Origin: Candidatus Omnitrophota bacterium | GTDB lineage: Bacteria > Omnitrophota > Gorgyraeia > JAHJTE01 | Assembly: GCA_040753675.1 (NCBI GenBank) | Contig: JBFMEB010000008.1 | Span: forward strand, 6,736 to 70,735 | Length of the DNA stretch: 64,000 bases | Direction of reading: 5' to 3' | In this document: positions 60,001 to 63,000 of the stretch, piece by piece | How positions within the stretch are numbered: the stretch's first letter is position 1 | Layout of the letters: each line of letters begins with the position of its first letter | The notes under the pieces: generated by a model | Database searches by the model: none | Seen by the model: only the letters and a program-made list of their open reading frames with translations | Told to the model about the DNA's origin: nothing | Program-made: the position numbers and the translations under genes

Positions 60001-63000
60001 AGCTAATTTAGCCACAGCGCGTGCAGAGGTGGATATTCTTTTACGTTTAGCTGATAAATCTATAGATTACTTATTAATAGTGAACCCAGAAACAGAGATT
60101 CTCTATGCACTAATCGTCTTATTTAATGAATTTGGTTTAGCAAATAAGTTTAAAGCTAATGCCAGGATAATTATTAGAGCAGACGTTGCGGAGGCAGAAT
60201 TTCTAAAATCACAGATTAATAAAGTTAAATTTGAAAGGTTGGGCCAAGAGCAAGTCTTAGGAGTTAATTTGAAATTAACTTCAGATTGGGCTGATTTTGA
60301 TGGCGATGTTTATATTGGAGCAATATGCCAAGAAAAATATTTCCTTTCTACATCAGAGCGTTATGGAAGCAGATTTCACGTTAGATCGAGGGCACTTGGG
60401 CAGACGATGAACAATACATTAAGAAGAATTGTAGGGCCTGATAATACAGCTCGTTTAATGAAAGCAGCGAGGGCGATGTTGCGGGACGGTATGGATGGGG
60501 CTGGAATTTATACATCATTAGCTGCGCCTCGCACAGGCTTTAGGCGCCTTCTTTCCGATGCAGCGTTGCAAGAAGCAGTCTCTACGGTTTATCGAGAAAT
60601 GCCTTTCTTATTTACTGGAATAACCTACGCGAGAACAGAAAAACATGACCCGGTCACAGAAGAGACAATCCCAGCTTTGCCGGTAATGAGGCTTGCAGTG
60701 GGTGAGCTGGAAAGAGGCGGAGTGCGCCATGGCGCTGAAATAATCATAGCAGACGTGAAAGATGATTATCTTGCGGCCTCTATGAAATGGCTTGAAAATA
60801 TTTTTGGTATTCCCATAGATGAAGCATCATATGAGGAATTTTTGCGATTAAACCTCTTGCACGCGATTGGCAGGAGCGTTTGGAGTCTCTTGCCTGGCTT
60901 TCTGCAGTCAGACTGGGGGAAGTCAGTTAATCCATCAGGTACAATCTGGCAGGCGCGAGCCAGGATATTCGAGGTCCAAGAAGATAGAAAAATGGAAGTA
61001 GATACACCAAATTTAATGATATTGTTTGCAGAAAAGTTTGCACTCTTTTTTAATCCAGGAAGAACCGTTCTAAAAGATACCCTAACTCCTGCCGAAGAGA
61101 GCTATTTCAAAGCAGTAGTCGCATACCTGCAAAGAAGACATAAATGGACAAGCGATTGTTTTGTGATTACTTATAAAGATTTCTTTGGACAGATTCCTCC
61201 GCCGGGGGAAGAAAGAAGTAAATTTCTCTGGAATACTATCAGAGAAGCGCTTTTAAATAATTCGACATTTGAATGGAAAGTTGGGGGACTAAAAGTTAAA
61301 GCACGCCTCGAAGTGATTACCTATGATGGAAAATTTTATGTTTATGTCAATCCGGTTATGGAATCCGAGCCAGACTCGCCGCATCTTCCTGTATATAAGA
61401 TTTTAAGTTCTAAAAAGTTAAGGGCAACAGAATCACTGATGCCTCCAAGCGCTTCATATGGGCTTATCCGTATAGAATTTTTTATAGATGAAGAAGGGTT
61501 AGCTATTTTCTTTAGAGAAATTCAGCCGAGCCGAGCAATGAGACGGGTCACAGCGGGGAGTGTTGGTGATGAGTTAGCCCAAATCCATCAAGCTTGGCCT
61601 AAAGAGTCAATAGACCATATCAGAGTTTTAATTGCAGCAAAATTCGGATTATTGAATTTCTATGGTAGATATCCAACCCCAGAGTTTATAGAGAGAATAG
61701 AAGCAAAAGGGAGCAGAAAACAGGCAAAGCCATTTTATACGGTTCCTTTTGAGGGTTGGGATATCTTGACATCCGCGGGACTTCAGGTGGTTACTAACGG
61801 AGATCGACCTACCAGCTTACAGCCATTTACTGATAAAACATGGTATTCTCGTGTGAGTGAAAAAGTTTTAGCCGCTATTTTATCTGTTACTATTGTTGCT
61901 ATTCTTTTTATCTTTAGCCCTCTATTAGCTAATTATTTGGGTTTGGATTTGAACCTTCAAGCCGGAACAGTTAAGTTAGCAGGGATTGGGTTTGAAAACA
62001 TATCCGGGATCTTGGGTTCTTTGGGCATTTTGGGAGGGGTTTATTATTTAAACAGCATCCTAAGGCAGCGCTCAGCGTTAACAACTTTAAAAGGAAGGTT
62101 TTCTTTGCGGGAAAGGAAGTGTCTATTTTCAGTTACCAGGGCGTCTGCGCCTACCCAATCTGTATATGCAGCAATAAATGCATCTGACGATTTAAGGCCT
62201 AGGTATTCATATTTGACACCAAGTTCAAAGGGCACAGATATATCTTCATCTACGTTTGTTAAGTCACAAATAAATGCATTAAATTCTCGGAAGGCCTCCG
62301 GAGATAAATTGCGTTTAACTTCTTCAAATACTGTCCGCGGTATACGTAGGTTATGTGTTTGGGGTCTCGTAAGTAGTTTATCAAAAAGTGCCCTTGTAGC
62401 TGATTTTTCAACATGGCCAAAGGCAAATATATATTCATTAGAGTCAATGACGATAAGCAAGTTTTTCCCTCCACAGTCTCTCTCTGGTTTTGCGAAGAGT
62501 TTTTATTACCTCCTCTTTAGACATCTTGAAAATTGGCGGAGGATTTTTAGCAATAATTTCTCTGAGTCTCGCAAGCCTCTTTTTGGCTTCTTTGATATTT
62601 TTTCTCATATTTATTCACCTCTAATTGTTACCATACCATATTTATTTAATAATGTCAATATTGCCTCAGAAGCAATCGTCAACTTCGGTGCTATCTTGAG
62701 TAAGATTTTAGTTCCGGTTCACAGCCAGATTATTGGAGCGAGTTTTGGTTTTGGGAATATATCTGGGATTTTTGGTTCTTTCGGAGGCTGGCTAGCGCTA
62801 ATATCATCAACAATTCTCTGCCAAGTGGTGGGGAGCAGAGAACCCGAAGAGAGACAAAGTCTCTATGTAAAACGCGTGGGAGATTTGGCAATCTCTCAGA
62901 TTAGCGTGGATGGTTTTGAAACCTTGACTCCAAAACAAAGGATTCTTGCTTATCACTTGAGTCAAGCTTGCCAGGCGGTATGGGATATTTATTTCTATCA

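Noticed and set aside
62259-62474. 71-aa minus ORF 62259..62474 overlapping vapC in another frame
   Set aside because: It is nested out-of-frame within the better-supported 138-aa PIN ORF and has no motif support.
61980-62790. Interpreting the ~45-bp flanking direct repeats as target-site duplications of a recent mobile-element insertion
   Set aside because: The repeats are only ~80% identical and encode a Gly-rich motif that plausibly recurs in the protein anyway. No transposase, IRs or integrase are present. Kept only as 'imperfect direct repeats' in the TA finding.
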